Assembly (NCBI GenBank): GCA_965246715.1 | Contig: CBDFFH010000037.1 | Location: 1 to 64,000 of the forward strand | Reading direction: 5' to 3' | Source of the DNA: Chamaesiphon sp. | GTDB taxonomy: Bacteria; Cyanobacteriota; Cyanobacteriia; Cyanobacteriales; Chamaesiphonaceae | DNA length: 64,000 nt | Made by a program: the position numbers and the translations under genes | Shown here: one piece after another, positions 9,269 to 19,775 of the stretch | How positions within the stretch are numbered: the first letter of the stretch is position 1 | How the letters are laid out: each line of letters opens with the position of its first letter | The notes under the pieces: model-generated | Seen by the model: only the letters and a program-made list of their open reading frames with translations | What the model was told of the DNA's origin: nothing | Databases searched by the model: none

Positions 9269-10285
9269 TCAATCCCAGTCGATCGCACCAATTCGATCGA
9301 GCAGTTCCTTACCGAAATAAGCAGGGGTTTGAAATCCACTGGCGTAGTTACCATTCAAGATCTCGATCGTAATTTCTCGCACACAAAGTGCCGTAAATAA
9401 ATAAGCTTCAGGGCCTTTAAATGCCACCGATTTTTGGATCGTGCCATTACTGACGATCGCCATCACATAGGTATGTCCTTGCTGTAACTGCTTCGCCGAA
9501 GGGCCTTCTGGCAAAAAGCCGATCGCCCGATTCAAGAGAAAATTCCGCAGCCACAGCAGTTTGCCCCGCATCATCTGCACGACAAAACCAGGAAAAACAG
9601 CATAGGTGTCGATATTGTCAATACCTGTAGAGATCCCCGCCGTAAATAGATCCGCCCGCCAAGGGTTGAATACTGCGGTAAATGTCTTACCCGCAACCGT
9701 GAAGTTTGCCTGAGATTCAGCCGGATTTGCTGGTACCAACTGTCGATCGACCCGTCGGAGACCCGCTCGATCGATATCCTGTAATACCGTCTTGAGCGTA
9801 CCGCGCGAAGCACCGCCTTCAGCAGCGTATAGAATCGTCAGATGGGATGCGTCGGGGAGTAAATCCCGTGCCAAGCGTGCGGCAATATCAGTCGGTACCA
9901 CACCAAAACCCGCTCCCGGCATCAACATAATTCCTGCGTCTCTCGCGCGATCGCTAAAGGCAAATACCGACTGCATTTCCTTAACTTCCCCCGCAATGTC
10001 AATGTAGTGACATCCCAGCTCCAAACAAGCCTGAATTAGCGGTGTTTGAGTGTACGAAAACGGAGCGGCTAGATTAATAACTAACTTTACCCCATCGAGA
10101 TGGCGGAGGATCTCTGCTCGATCGGTGAGATCGAATACCGCAGCTTGACAACCTAATCCTTGTGCCATGTCACGCACTCGATCGCTCCGTCCCGCTAAAA
10201 TTGGGCGCATTCCGGCACCTAGTAGCTCTTTGGTACAGAGTTTCCCCATATAGCCTGTGGCACCATAGATGAGGATGTTACTCAT
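9269..10285 (-). CDS. Saccharopine dehydrogenase-like NAD(P)-binding protein
   Basis: IYGATGYMG, HYIDIAGE and GFGVVPTD motifs. Confidence 0.9.
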   Translation of the reverse strand: MSNILIYGATGYMGKLCTKELLGAGMRPILAGRSDRVRDMAQGLGCQAAVFDLTDRAEILRHLDGVKLVINLAAPFSYTQTPLIQACLELGCHYIDIAGEVKEMQSVFAFSDRARDAGIMLMPGAGFGVVPTDIAARLARDLLPDASHLTILYAAEGGASRGTLKTVLQDIDRAGLRRVDRQLVPANPAESQANFTVAGKTFTAVFNPWRADLFTAGISTGIDNIDTYAVFPGFVVQMMRGKLLWLRNFLLNRAIGFLPEGPSAKQLQQGHTYVMAIVSNGTIQKSVAFKGPEAYLFTALCVREITIEILNGNYASGFQTPAYFGKELLDRIGAIDWD

Positions 10286-10718
10286 TTTCCACTCGCTCCT
10301 TAAGGATCGTATCGTGCAATTTGAATGCAGCTAGCATTTCGTTCAGTGTCGATTGGCTAATGAAGGCACTACCGACACCGCTAAATGTTTCGCCGTGCCA
10401 GAGTCGGGTTGAGCGATCGCTCAATTTTTCTAGGCGATAGTAGTGTTCTCCAGCGAGAAACCAGGGTGCAAATTGAATGCCAACCCAGGTGAGTTCTTCT
10501 AGCGGTGTTACTCGCTTCAATGTGGCATTAAAGGCACGCTTTAAGGGCTTGATAAACATATGAATTTTCCCATCGGTGCGGATGTCGCCTTGTAACCAGC
10601 CCACTAAGGGATTCCAATCTGGATAGGCAGAGAAATCAGTTAGTACGCTCCAGACTCGATCGACTGGAGCATTGACGATGATATCTGTATGGTACTCTTT
10701 CACGCTAGATTGCCTCAT
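10278..10718 (-). CDS. SRPBCC/polyketide cyclase domain protein
   Basis: VWSVLTDFSAYPDWNP and GEH..HGETFSG motifs. Confidence 0.85.
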   Translation of the reverse strand: MRQSSVKEYHTDIIVNAPVDRVWSVLTDFSAYPDWNPLVGWLQGDIRTDGKIHMFIKPLKRAFNATLKRVTPLEELTWVGIQFAPWFLAGEHYYRLEKLSDRSTRLWHGETFSGVGSAFISQSTLNEMLAAFKLHDTILKERVENE

Positions 10719-10784
10719 CGATCGCCCTTCTATTTTACAGCTCTAGTAGTTCTCGATCGACTTACTGAGGCAAAACTCGGCAGC

Positions 10785-11558
10785 TTATCGCGCTCGATCG
10801 TCTGTTGGCATCGCTGGATAACTTGCTGCAATTGCATGAACTCGACCTTCCACGATTTTCAGAAAATTATCAAACACAATTTTAGCTTCATGGTCCATCA
10901 CTGTGAGGTGTTGACTAACTGACTGTTTCAAATCGTCAGCACCAGTCGCACCCAACGTCACTTCTAAATCTGCTCGATAGGCAGGAATTTGCACCCAAGC
11001 CTCTACTGTTACATCAGTCACTTCACTATGGAATTGCAGCCCAAATGCACAATCTCCGACTGCATAAGCTTGAACTTGGCAATGAGCGGATGACGCAAGT
11101 AGTGTCGATCCTGCTGGTAGCTGTTTTACTTCTTGTCCGTGCCATTGGAGCACATTAAGCGTTGCGGGCAATCCTGCCGTGAGTGGATGATTCAATCCAT
11201 CGGAGGTCATTGTAACGGTCAGAAGACCGACTTCAGGGGCTGACATTGGTTTGACTTCTCCACCCAAAGCATCAGCTAGCAGTTGTGCGCCCAAGCAAAC
11301 ACCCATATAGGGTAAATTTAGCTCTCGAACAGCTTTTTGGATGAGGGCTTTTTCCTCGACCAACCAGGGAAATTCTGCATCGTCGCTTACGTTCATCGGT
11401 CCACCCATGACCCATAGTGCCGCGTAGTTTTCTAAGTTTGGGAAGACATCGCCTTGTTCGAGTTCGACCGTATCGATCGCAATACCAGCATCATGACAAA
11501 ACTGTTCAAAGACTCCTAATCCTTCTACGACAACGTGTTTAATTACCAAAAACTTCAT
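10785..11558 (-). CDS. Type 1 glutamine amidotransferase
   Basis: GGPM, GVCLGAQ and LQFHSE triad motifs. Confidence 0.9.
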   Translation of the reverse strand: MKFLVIKHVVVEGLGVFEQFCHDAGIAIDTVELEQGDVFPNLENYAALWVMGGPMNVSDDAEFPWLVEEKALIQKAVRELNLPYMGVCLGAQLLADALGGEVKPMSAPEVGLLTVTMTSDGLNHPLTAGLPATLNVLQWHGQEVKQLPAGSTLLASSAHCQVQAYAVGDCAFGLQFHSEVTDVTVEAWVQIPAYRADLEVTLGATGADDLKQSVSQHLTVMDHEAKIVFDNFLKIVEGRVHAIAASYPAMPTDDRAR

Positions 11559-11562
11559 CTTG

Positions 11563-12228
11563 TTACGCTCCTCGGTGATAGTTGGTTAAGTTCTCAGGTG
11601 CTACAATATCGGCAGCAAGTTTGGGATCGGCAATGGGCAAACCCGCCGTTAATTTAAGGGGTAATTGTCCAGCCCAGATAGGTAGCGCGTAATCTTCGGC
11701 ATTGTCATGAGGTTCGCCGCTGCGGATCTTAGCAGATCCTTCTTCAATCGGGAACGCCAGTACAGTTGTTCCTTTGACTTCTTGGGGCGTTGGGGTGCGG
11801 GCTTGCTCCCATCGTCCTGGAATAATCTGTTCTGAGAGCACCTTTAAAGCGTGCATTTTTTCGTCTTCACTCTCAACCAAAGTGGCACGACCAAATAGCA
11901 CTACCGATCGATAATTCATTTCGTGGTGGAAGAGCGATCGCGCAATTACAATCCCATCCAACAGCGTTGCCGATAGACACATCTCAACGCCTTGCTCCAA
12001 ACTTTTGAGCATTCGGCTAGCCGTAGAGCCGTGGATGTAAAGGCGATCGCCATCTCGCCCATAGCCCATCGGAATGACGAAAGGTTGACCCTCGACGACA
12101 AATCCAACGTGAACTACTAGCGATTCATCCAATATTTGATTAACAATCTGGCGATCGTGGTGTCCCAATCGAGGGCGACTCTTAACTTTGCTGCGATCGG
12201 TGGCTTGTAGCGTTTCTGGATTCGACAC
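11563..12228 (-). CDS. Pyridoxamine 5'-phosphate oxidase-like flavin-binding protein
   Basis: PFVIPM, YIHGS..SRML, MNYRSVV and WAG motifs. Confidence 0.9.
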   Translation of the reverse strand: MSNPETLQATDRSKVKSRPRLGHHDRQIVNQILDESLVVHVGFVVEGQPFVIPMGYGRDGDRLYIHGSTASRMLKSLEQGVEMCLSATLLDGIVIARSLFHHEMNYRSVVLFGRATLVESEDEKMHALKVLSEQIIPGRWEQARTPTPQEVKGTTVLAFPIEEGSAKIRSGEPHDNAEDYALPIWAGQLPLKLTAGLPIADPKLAADIVAPENLTNYHRGA

Positions 12229-12252
12229 GGGCGATTCTCCTGGTTTGAATGG

Positions 12253-12327
12253 TGGCTATTGGGTTAAGATAACTGGTAAATTGGTCTGACTCAATAGCCA
12301 ATTCGTGTTTTTAATACCAGTCCAATT
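12253..12327. promoter_or_regulatory. Putative MocR-type operator
   Basis: TGGCTATTG/CAATAGCCA inverted pair plus AATTGG..CCAATT..CCAATT repeats in the divergent spacer. Confidence 0.5.
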
Positions 12328-12336
12328 AGAAACCAG

Positions 12337-13797
12337 ATGGATTTAGTCATTACCCTCGATCGCACGTCTGCGATGCCTCTATATCAGCAGCTAGCGGAGG
12401 AACTACGCCATGCCGTGTTGCAGAAACGGCTCAAACCAAACCAAAAATTACCGCCATCCCGTGTTTTGGCAAAGTCACTGGAAATATCGCGGGCGACTGT
12501 TACCCAAAGCTACGAGCAACTGGTGAGCGAGGGATATTTTGAGGCTCGTTGTGGATCGGGAACGTTTGTTTGCGCTCGATTGCCCGATGAGTATCTTCAA
12601 CCCGAATTAATCGCTCGATCTGGATCTGATTCGCCCGAACTAACAACGCTGTCGCGATTTGGCAGCGATCTTTTAGCAGTCGATCGACTGGAAATCCCCG
12701 AACCGGAAGCTGAAATTAGTTTTGGATTTGGTTCTCCGGCGGCGGAACGATTCCCGATCGAGTTATGGCGGCGGTTACTCTCGCGGCACTGCCATAATTC
12801 TCCTGCACTCTTGAACTACAGTCCCGATCCGGCTGGATATTTGCCACTCAGAGCGGCGATCGCGGACTATTTGGGTCGCTCCCGTGCGGTGCAATGCAGC
12901 GCGGCACAAGTCATCATTGTCAACGGTTCCCAGCAAGCTCTAGATTTAATTGCCCGACTGACGATCGATCCAGGCGACTGGGTGGCTGTAGAAGATCCAG
13001 GCTATTTGGGCGCACGTTATTGTTTTCAAGGACAAGGAGCCAAACTTCAAGCCGTGAATGTCGATCTCGAAGGGTTAGATGTAGAAGCTCTAAGTCAGTA
13101 CCGCCAGCCGTTCAAATTGCTCTATGTCACACCATCCCATCAATTTCCGACGGGAGTAACATTATCGTTATCCCGCCGATTGACGCTGCTTCAGTGGGCG
13201 CAGCAAACGGGAACGCTTATTTTAGAGGATGATTATGACAGTGAATATCGATATGGAGATCGACCCATTCCCGCATTGCAAGGACTCGATCGACATAACA
13301 CAGTCATCTACGTGGGCACATTTTCCAAAATCCTCTTCCCCTCCTTACGAATCGGCTATTTGGTTGTACCGCACGCCTGGATACCTGTTGTGAGTCGAGC
13401 TAAGTGGTTGTGCGATCGGCAATCTCCAACTTTAGAACAGTACGCTCTCGCTGATTGCATTACAGAAGGACATTTTGAACGACATATTCGACGAATGCGC
13501 CATCTCTACGATCGCCGTCGTCAAATACTCGTCAACGCCCTAAAATATCATTTTGGTTCGCGAGTCACGATTCTTGGTGAGAATGCTGGTATTCATTTGA
13601 TGGTAAAAATCGAGACAACTTTACCTGATGAAGTTGCGATCGAAAAGGCGGCGATCGTCGGTGTTGGCTTGATTAGTGCTCGTGGCTACTATTTGACGGC
13701 TCCCAAAACGGGAGAGTTTATTTTCGGCTATGCCCAGTTAGATGAAATTCATATAGAGCAGGGGATTCAGAAGTTATCCCAGGTATTGCATGAATAA
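12337..13797 (+). CDS. MocR/GabR family PLP-dependent regulator
   Basis: GntR HTH plus YVTPSHQFPTG, EDDYDSEY and GTFSK motifs. Confidence 0.95.
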   Translation: MDLVITLDRTSAMPLYQQLAEELRHAVLQKRLKPNQKLPPSRVLAKSLEISRATVTQSYEQLVSEGYFEARCGSGTFVCARLPDEYLQPELIARSGSDSPELTTLSRFGSDLLAVDRLEIPEPEAEISFGFGSPAAERFPIELWRRLLSRHCHNSPALLNYSPDPAGYLPLRAAIADYLGRSRAVQCSAAQVIIVNGSQQALDLIARLTIDPGDWVAVEDPGYLGARYCFQGQGAKLQAVNVDLEGLDVEALSQYRQPFKLLYVTPSHQFPTGVTLSLSRRLTLLQWAQQTGTLILEDDYDSEYRYGDRPIPALQGLDRHNTVIYVGTFSKILFPSLRIGYLVVPHAWIPVVSRAKWLCDRQSPTLEQYALADCITEGHFERHIRRMRHLYDRRRQILVNALKYHFGSRVTILGENAGIHLMVKIETTLPDEVAIEKAAIVGVGLISARGYYLTAPKTGEFIFGYAQLDEIHIEQGIQKLSQVLHE

Positions 13798-14103
13798 AGG
13801 CAGTAATCTCTACATTTGCGATCTAACCTATATATAATCTCGCACTTTGCCAGATCGCATCCCTGCACAAGATACTTTGTCGCAGATCTGCATGACAACT
13901 CCAGTTACTAGGGTTACGCTCGGTTGCTTTTGTGGCATAACTACCTCGATCGGTAGCGGTACTGGAAAGCGAAATCGCGATCGCGCGTGTCTGCTCGGCT
14001 AGGCGAGTATCGCAGAAAATCTCCAGCCATAAATATATCATCTGAGCGACAAACAGAATTTATCGATATAATTTAGGCAAATGCTCCGATCTCTTATTGT
14101 TGT

Positions 14104-14328
14104 ATGGACTACCCAAGTATTACTACAATCGAGCCTGGAAAACGTAGTGGCAAACCTTGTATTCGGGGAATGCGAATCACTGTCTATGACATTTTAGAAG
14201 ATCTGGCAGGTGGCATGACTGAAGCCGAAATTCTCGAAGATTTTTCCGAACTCAATCTAGCAGATATCAAAGCTTGTCTTGCTTTTGCAGCAGATCGGGA
14301 GCGCAAGTTATTTGTAGGCTCGTTGTGA
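14104..14328 (+). CDS. DUF433 antitoxin
   Basis: GKPCIRGMRITV motif. Confidence 0.9.
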   Translation: MDYPSITTIEPGKRSGKPCIRGMRITVYDILEDLAGGMTEAEILEDFSELNLADIKACLAFAADRERKLFVGSL

Positions 14329-14657
14329 AGTTATTACTCGATGAAAACCTTTCAGATCGAATTGTTTTTAGAATTACCGATTTGTATCCTGAGTCAGCAT
14401 ATGTCAAAACATTAGGGCTAACAAATACTGATGATGGAATTATTTGGAAATATGCAAAGCTGAATGATTTGGCGATTGTTTCTAAGGATGCAGATTTCCA
14501 TCAGCGTAGTTTACTTTACGGTCATCTACCCAAGTTTATTTATCTGCGAATTGGTAATAGTCCCACTTCAAAGATCGTGCAGATTTTGAGAGGAAATTTT
14601 GACACGATCGCTCAATTTGGAGTTATCGAACCAGAAAGCCTTTTAGTATTAATGTAA
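14325..14657 (+). CDS. DUF5615 PIN-like toxin (VapC45-like)
   Basis: KLLLDENLS, D..IW and SKDADF motifs; GTGA overlap with the antitoxin stop. Confidence 0.85.
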   Translation: MKLLLDENLSDRIVFRITDLYPESAYVKTLGLTNTDDGIIWKYAKLNDLAIVSKDADFHQRSLLYGHLPKFIYLRIGNSPTSKIVQILRGNFDTIAQFGVIEPESLLVLM

Positions 14658-14713
14658 AGCGAAATTATCTTGCCCGTAAACTGCTTGCTCCCGATGGGAT
14701 CTAGCTTAATAAT

Positions 14714-16105
14714 ATGCAGCAAATTGACACCTTCCGTCGAGTGCCACTGTTTTCTAACCTGAATGACGAGCAGTTGCAGTGTATCGCTGGACTAGGCCGC
14801 GAAGTCGCGATCGATCGCGGTACACAAATTGCCCAACAGGGCGATCCGCCCGATGGTTTCTACATCATTCTCGCCGGACAAATCGAGTGGACGCGCAACG
14901 TTGGCGGAGAAGTCGTGCCAGCAGTGACACTAGGTGTGGGAGAAGTATTTGCCGAGCTGATTTTGTTGCTAGAGCAGCCGTATCCGACTAGCGGACGGGC
15001 ACTCACAGACGTGCGGCTATACAAGCTGTCTCCCGACGACTTTTGGAAAATGCTGGAACTGTGCCCTGGTGTGATGCGGCGCATTCTCAAGATTGCCGTC
15101 GAGCGATCGCAAATCCACGAAACCGTCACTCAGCAGCAAGCAAAACTAATTTCTTTAGGCACCTTATCCGCCGGACTCGCTCACGAGTTAAATAACCCCG
15201 CCGCTGCCGTTCGCAGCAATGTAAATAACCTCGAATCAGCCTTACAAACCCTGCCCTCTTTAGCACTCAGACTGCACCAACAACTGCTTACAGCCGACCA
15301 AATTGCTTTTTTAGATGATTTGTATAATAAGGCTAATACCGCCGCCCTCAAGACTTCGCAACTCGATCCGATCGCGCAAAGTGAAGCCGAAGATGAGATT
15401 GCTGATTGGTTAGACGCTCATGAGGTCGCAAACGCTTGGAAGCTGGCTCCGATGTTGGTGACTGCGGGTTTGGATGTGACGCAGCTAGATGAAGTGACCG
15501 CTCAGATTACTCCTGATTGTCTGGAGTGTGTCTTGACTTGGCTGGAAACAACCCTGACTAGCATCAAGCTATTAGAAGATATTAAGCTCGGATCGACGCG
15601 GATTTCCGAGCTAATTACGGCGATGAAAAATTACTCTTATTTAGATCGATCTCCCCTCCAAGACATCGATATTCATGATGGGATTGAGAACACGCTCATC
15701 ATTCTCAAGCACAAACTCAAATACGGTATGGTAGTAGAAAAGCAGTATGGCAATGTGCCCAAAATATCTGCCTACGCACCCCAACTCAATCAAGTTTGGA
15801 CGAATTTAATCGACAATGCGATCGATGCCACCAATGGTAAAGGGCATCTATGGATTCGGACATAAGTTGACGGTGAATATGTCTTAGTCGAAATTGCCGA
15901 TGATGGTGCAGGTATTCCACCCGATGTCCAACCGCGCATCTTCGACCAGTTTTTTACCACCAAAGAAGTTGGGAAAGGAACGGGATTGGGGCTGGACATC
16001 GCGCGGCGAATTATCATCGGGCAACATCAGGGCAAGCTCGGCTTCTCATCGGAGCCAGGGAATACGCGCTTTCAGGTGCGATTGCCGATTAATCGATCGA
16101 CTTAA
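14714..16105 (+). pseudogene. cNMP-domain sensor histidine kinase with an internal nonsense codon
   Basis: cNMP domain, AHELNNP and N-box; TAA at 15863, then in-frame DDGAG, FFTTK and GTGLGL to TAA 16105. Confidence 0.9.
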
Positions 16106-16152
16106 TTTATGTGGAGTAGATTTTACACTCATCTCGACAGCGGTACTGACGA

Positions 16153-16219
16153 CAAAAACGATCGAACTATCAGACAGATTGCTGCTGTTGGTAAAAACTA
16201 GGAGTAATACCCACCCAAC
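16153..16219 (-). pseudogene. Relic of an AraC gene 3' end
   Basis: Aligns with 28879-28949; minus strand reads WVGITPSFYQQQQSV versus WAGIAPSFYRQQQSVS. Confidence 0.7.
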
Positions 16220-16321
16220 TTGGCGGTGCTGTATGAGGATGAATCTTAGAGTAGGGGCAATTCATGAAGCGGCTTGCAGCAGGGAGGTTTCCTCTCTTGG
16301 TGCAGTTGCACGGGCGGGACA

Positions 16322-17810
16322 CCCGATTCGTGACAAGTTAAGGAGCGAGCGCAGTTGTCAAGCCGGGTTGAGCGGAAGGCTCAAAAAAGAATGAGCCTTC
16401 CCTGCTCGCTTGGTCGGGAAAGGGGTCAATCATTAATTTCTTGAATGGCTTTCGGATAGATTTAATAATACCTAAATCTCTATTTTCAGGAGCTGCAAAA
16501 TATTTAATGGGGTCGGTAGCTAAACCTTTGTGATGGGCAACATAAAAATGGTAAAGACCACGATAAATCATCTCTAAAGAAATGCGGTCAAAAGGAAGAG
16601 ATAGCTCATCAGCAATCGCATCGCCAAGATCGACTAATACAATATAAAATAGCCAAGTCCCCCAGAGTTGCAACTTAATACCATTAAGTGAGCCTGTCCA
16701 GATATAACTCAATCCTAACAATCGTTTGACAATATTAAATGCCTCTTCTATTCGCCATCTTCTACCATACAAATCGGCAACTACGTAGGGTGGTAAAATT
16801 AATGGGTCAAGCACGCTAGTTAGATAAGAGTACCAAGCTTTACCCATTTTGATTTCCACTAATCTCATCGTGATACATGGAGTTGTTTTATTACCAGCAC
16901 CCATTGTTACTATTCGGTCGCGGATGCTGTAACTATTCGTGAATGCGCTCTCGACGGTAAATGATGCTTTGTTGTTTAGGCGGGTAATTACATGAACATT
17001 CCTTTCGATTAGTTGTTGCCAAAACAGATAATGACAAAATCCTCGATCTAGTAAAATTAATGTCTGGGGCTTGACTAGCTTTAGGATATCTGCCTCAAAC
17101 TTCATGTCACTAGCTTTGGCATTCGACTCAAACCAAATTTCTACTGGTAGTCGGGTTACTAGATCGATGACTACTCCTATTTTTCCAGCTAATTGATTTT
17201 TTGGCACATCTGTCAGACTTTCTAATTTCTTGAAGATTGCTTCTAATGTTGAACCGTCACTAGCCCAAACTCTAGCAAATTTAGTTCGGGCAAATTGAAT
17301 ACTGGAGGGTAGTTGTCTTTTGTTGCGACTGTGCCATTTTCGCTCGAATTCTGGCAGTAATTCTCTAAATATTCGCTCAAATATTTCAGCGGGAAATGTC
17401 AAAAATCTCTGTGATAATGCTTGTTGGCTGACTTGTGTTGGTTCGCACCAGAGAAATCCTTCTCTGGCGAGTATTCTGCTGAGTTCTCTGACTCCAGCTA
17501 CGTCTCGCCAAATTAGTGTCAGCACTGCTGCTACCATCAGCGGCAGATTCAGTATTCTATCCCTCATTCCGAGTTGGCGATAGTACTTTTCTTGTGCTAG
17601 TACTGCTGGCGTGACTAGCTGTTCTAATTGTGCTGCTATCACCTCCTCTTCCATCATCGGACGTTGTTGTCGCTTGGCGTGGTCGCGATTTGTTGTCCGC
17701 TTTTTAGGCATGTGTCAAATTTGGTTCTAACTCTTTGCTAGTAACAGTTTGACATTTTTTCTTTCTCCCCTTGACAACCCTCGGTTTTTCTTAACTTGTC
17801 ACGAATCGGG
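16322..17810 (-). mobile_element. IS4 family insertion sequence
   Basis: Perfect 21-bp IR CCCGATTCGTGACAAGTTAAG; target duplication centred on ACA (length ambiguous, 3-11 bp). Confidence 0.9.
16338..17711 (-). CDS. IS4 family transposase
   Basis: DGS, LDRGF and Y..RW.IE..F..K (YREK) motifs. Confidence 0.95.
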   Translation of the reverse strand: MPKKRTTNRDHAKRQQRPMMEEEVIAAQLEQLVTPAVLAQEKYYRQLGMRDRILNLPLMVAAVLTLIWRDVAGVRELSRILAREGFLWCEPTQVSQQALSQRFLTFPAEIFERIFRELLPEFERKWHSRNKRQLPSSIQFARTKFARVWASDGSTLEAIFKKLESLTDVPKNQLAGKIGVVIDLVTRLPVEIWFESNAKASDMKFEADILKLVKPQTLILLDRGFCHYLFWQQLIERNVHVITRLNNKASFTVESAFTNSYSIRDRIVTMGAGNKTTPCITMRLVEIKMGKAWYSYLTSVLDPLILPPYVVADLYGRRWRIEEAFNIVKRLLGLSYIWTGSLNGIKLQLWGTWLFYIVLVDLGDAIADELSLPFDRISLEMIYRGLYHFYVAHHKGLATDPIKYFAAPENRDLGIIKSIRKPFKKLMIDPFPDQASREGSFFFEPSAQPGLTTALAP

Positions 17811-17951
17811 ACACCCGCCCATCTCTCTGGCACAGAGAGATGCACTGCACCGCTCCCGGATTATACGAGACAAGACATTACCCCTACTCTAAATTTTATC
17901 GATCTCATCAGCGTACATCATACCTGTATCCAGCAATGACCCATTCCTTAA

Positions 17952-18299
17952 TTATGTAGCATCAGCAGATTCAAACATACCCATTTTCCCCAGCCGAATT
18001 GTCATGATTTCAACATCTGTAATGGCGATATGAGATCCTTGCTGAGTGTGAGCGGGGGTAATCCAGAATGTCCCTTGAGAACAGGTCGTTCCATTAGTTT
18101 CGACAACTCCACTCAACACGTATACATACTCGTCACAAGGATGCGCGTGAACGGGGATAATCGTTCCTGATTTCAATTTCAGTAAGTGAATCGAACCCTC
18201 TGCGACGGGTTCCGCCAAGGGTAAAAACTGCGTGCCAGGAAATCGATCCATGTTTAGCCATTGCTCCGCACTAGTTTGAATGAATGTCTGTACTGGCAT
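17952..18299 (-). CDS. Cupin (ChrR-like) protein
   Basis: HAH...EYVYVLSG motif. Confidence 0.8.
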   Translation of the reverse strand: MPVQTFIQTSAEQWLNMDRFPGTQFLPLAEPVAEGSIHLLKLKSGTIIPVHAHPCDEYVYVLSGVVETNGTTCSQGTFWITPAHTQQGSHIAITDVEIMTIRLGKMGMFESADAT

Positions 18300-18330
18300 A
18301 TTTTTAACCTCATGCTAAGATAACGAACGC

Positions 18331-18349
18331 GAGTGAATATTATTCACTC
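18331..18349. promoter_or_regulatory. TetR operator
   Basis: Perfect palindrome GAGTGAATA-T-TATTCACTC between the divergent cupin and TetR genes. Confidence 0.75.
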
Positions 18350-18376
18350 CTGAAGTTTAGCATAAACCTCTCCGAC

Positions 18377-19018
18377 ATGGAAAAGCGATCGAACGCCCTA
18401 CAATCTCGTTACGATATTGAAGGCAGATATGCCGCACTGCTTGAAGCTGGGGAAACTTTACTGTGCAATGGGTACGATCTCGCGCAACCTCAACTGGTTG
18501 CCAAAACCGCAGGCGTGTCCGTCGGGCTATTCTATCGACACTTCAAAAATAAGCAAGAATTATTGACGGCTATTATGGTTCATCATTTAGGGATTCTGCA
18601 TCGCCAAATCGAGCGGGAAGTCGAATATTCCGCCGATCCGGTTGCCGCATTATACTTGGTGTTAATCCTGACATTGCGTTACTTTCAAGCTCATCTAGGA
18701 CTAATTAAGCTTTTTTTCATGCAGATCGGTTATGGCGATACGGCGGCAACCGCACAGCTACTAGAAACTAGACAAACGTACCGAAATATTTTGGAATCGA
18801 TTTTACGATCGGGAATTGCTCAAGGGATATTTCTTAATGCTGATGTTTTAGACATTCAGCTCGCGATCGATAGCATTATTGGTACGGTTAATTGGTCGGT
18901 TTACAACCAATCGATCGTTAGAAACGAAAATATCGAACCGGATGAGTTAGCCCATAAACTTACGGTACACCTGCTGCGGGGACTTGGCTATTCATCACGA
19001 TCGCATCCCTGGACTTAG
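18377..19018 (+). CDS. TetR/AcrR regulator
   Basis: HTH AKTAGVSVGLFYRHFKNK. Confidence 0.9.
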   Translation: MEKRSNALQSRYDIEGRYAALLEAGETLLCNGYDLAQPQLVAKTAGVSVGLFYRHFKNKQELLTAIMVHHLGILHRQIEREVEYSADPVAALYLVLILTLRYFQAHLGLIKLFFMQIGYGDTAATAQLLETRQTYRNILESILRSGIAQGIFLNADVLDIQLAIDSIIGTVNWSVYNQSIVRNENIEPDELAHKLTVHLLRGLGYSSRSHPWT

Positions 19019-19615
19019 AAACCGCACGAGTTGTTGAGTGGTCTCTTGAATATCTTCAGGGCTATTGCTTTTGAGTAATCCATAAGGTTTTCCAGCTTCA
19101 GTCAGCACCCGAATTAACGCGGCAATGACCAGATCGAACTTCCAACTGAGTTGCGATCGCGATTGTTCGGGCAAAACCCGCTGCAATACATCTAAATACG
19201 CCGCCATTGCTACCACAAATTCCTGATTCGCGATACTCTGAATCGGCTCTGGCTCCGTGCGACAACGCCCCATAAATTTTGCTCTAATCAGCAGGATATC
19301 TCGATCTTGGGATAAGATTTCCAGGTTGGGTTCGAGCATTGCCGTCAAGATCGCTTCCACCGAAGGTAATTCATGGGCTGCTTTAAGTTCTTCTAGCAGT
19401 GCTAATTCTCGATCGACGATCGGACGAGCAAATCTTGCAACCACGGCTCGATACAACTCTTCCTTGGAACCGAAGTGGTAGTGAACCGCTGCCAAGTTGA
19501 CCCCCGCCTCACTCACGACATTTCGTAATGTCGTCCCAGCAAAGCCGTGCTCCGCAAACAGCCGCTCGGCGACGTTAATGATTTGTTCTTTAGTATCGGT
19601 CGTTGAAGTGGGCAT
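18995..19615 (-). CDS. TetR regulator (PsrA-like)
   Basis: AERLFAEHGF..AGVNLAAVHYHFGSKE motif. Confidence 0.9.
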   Translation of the reverse strand: MPTSTTDTKEQIINVAERLFAEHGFAGTTLRNVVSEAGVNLAAVHYHFGSKEELYRAVVARFARPIVDRELALLEELKAAHELPSVEAILTAMLEPNLEILSQDRDILLIRAKFMGRCRTEPEPIQSIANQEFVVAMAAYLDVLQRVLPEQSRSQLSWKFDLVIAALIRVLTEAGKPYGLLKSNSPEDIQETTQQLVRFLSPGMRS

Positions 19616-19715
19616 TTCCTATGTCAGTACGAGTTCGAGCGATGGTAGTCAATCACGGGCTAATCAGCAGCTAAATCCAGCTTACCAGCTATTTCAGCTC
19701 CGCACTTGGAAATTT

Positions 19716-19735
19716 ATTCAAACGTATGTTTTAAT
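19716..19735. promoter_or_regulatory. PsrA-like operator
   Basis: ATTCAAAC-GTAT-GTTTTAAT resembles the CAAAC-N4-GTTTG box. Confidence 0.55.
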
Positions 19736-19775
19736 TGGATCGAACCAAGTCGAGCGCACGAGTTAAATCATTGTT

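Larger units (their letters stand above)
16246..17892. repeat. Nested GTAG REP-like palindromic element hosting the IS4 insertion
   Basis: Outer IR TTAGAGTAGGGGCAAT/ATTACCCCTACTCTAA; inner GGTGCAGT/ACTGCACC and GGGCGGG/CCCGCCC arms. Confidence 0.65.

Noticed and set aside
15863..15865. Programmed stop-codon readthrough (also 30584)
   Set aside because: Both are TAA codons with no recoding signal, in a region full of other lesions.
15894..16394. 166-aa ORF
   Set aside because: Off-frame shadow of the kinase C-terminus and repeat DNA.
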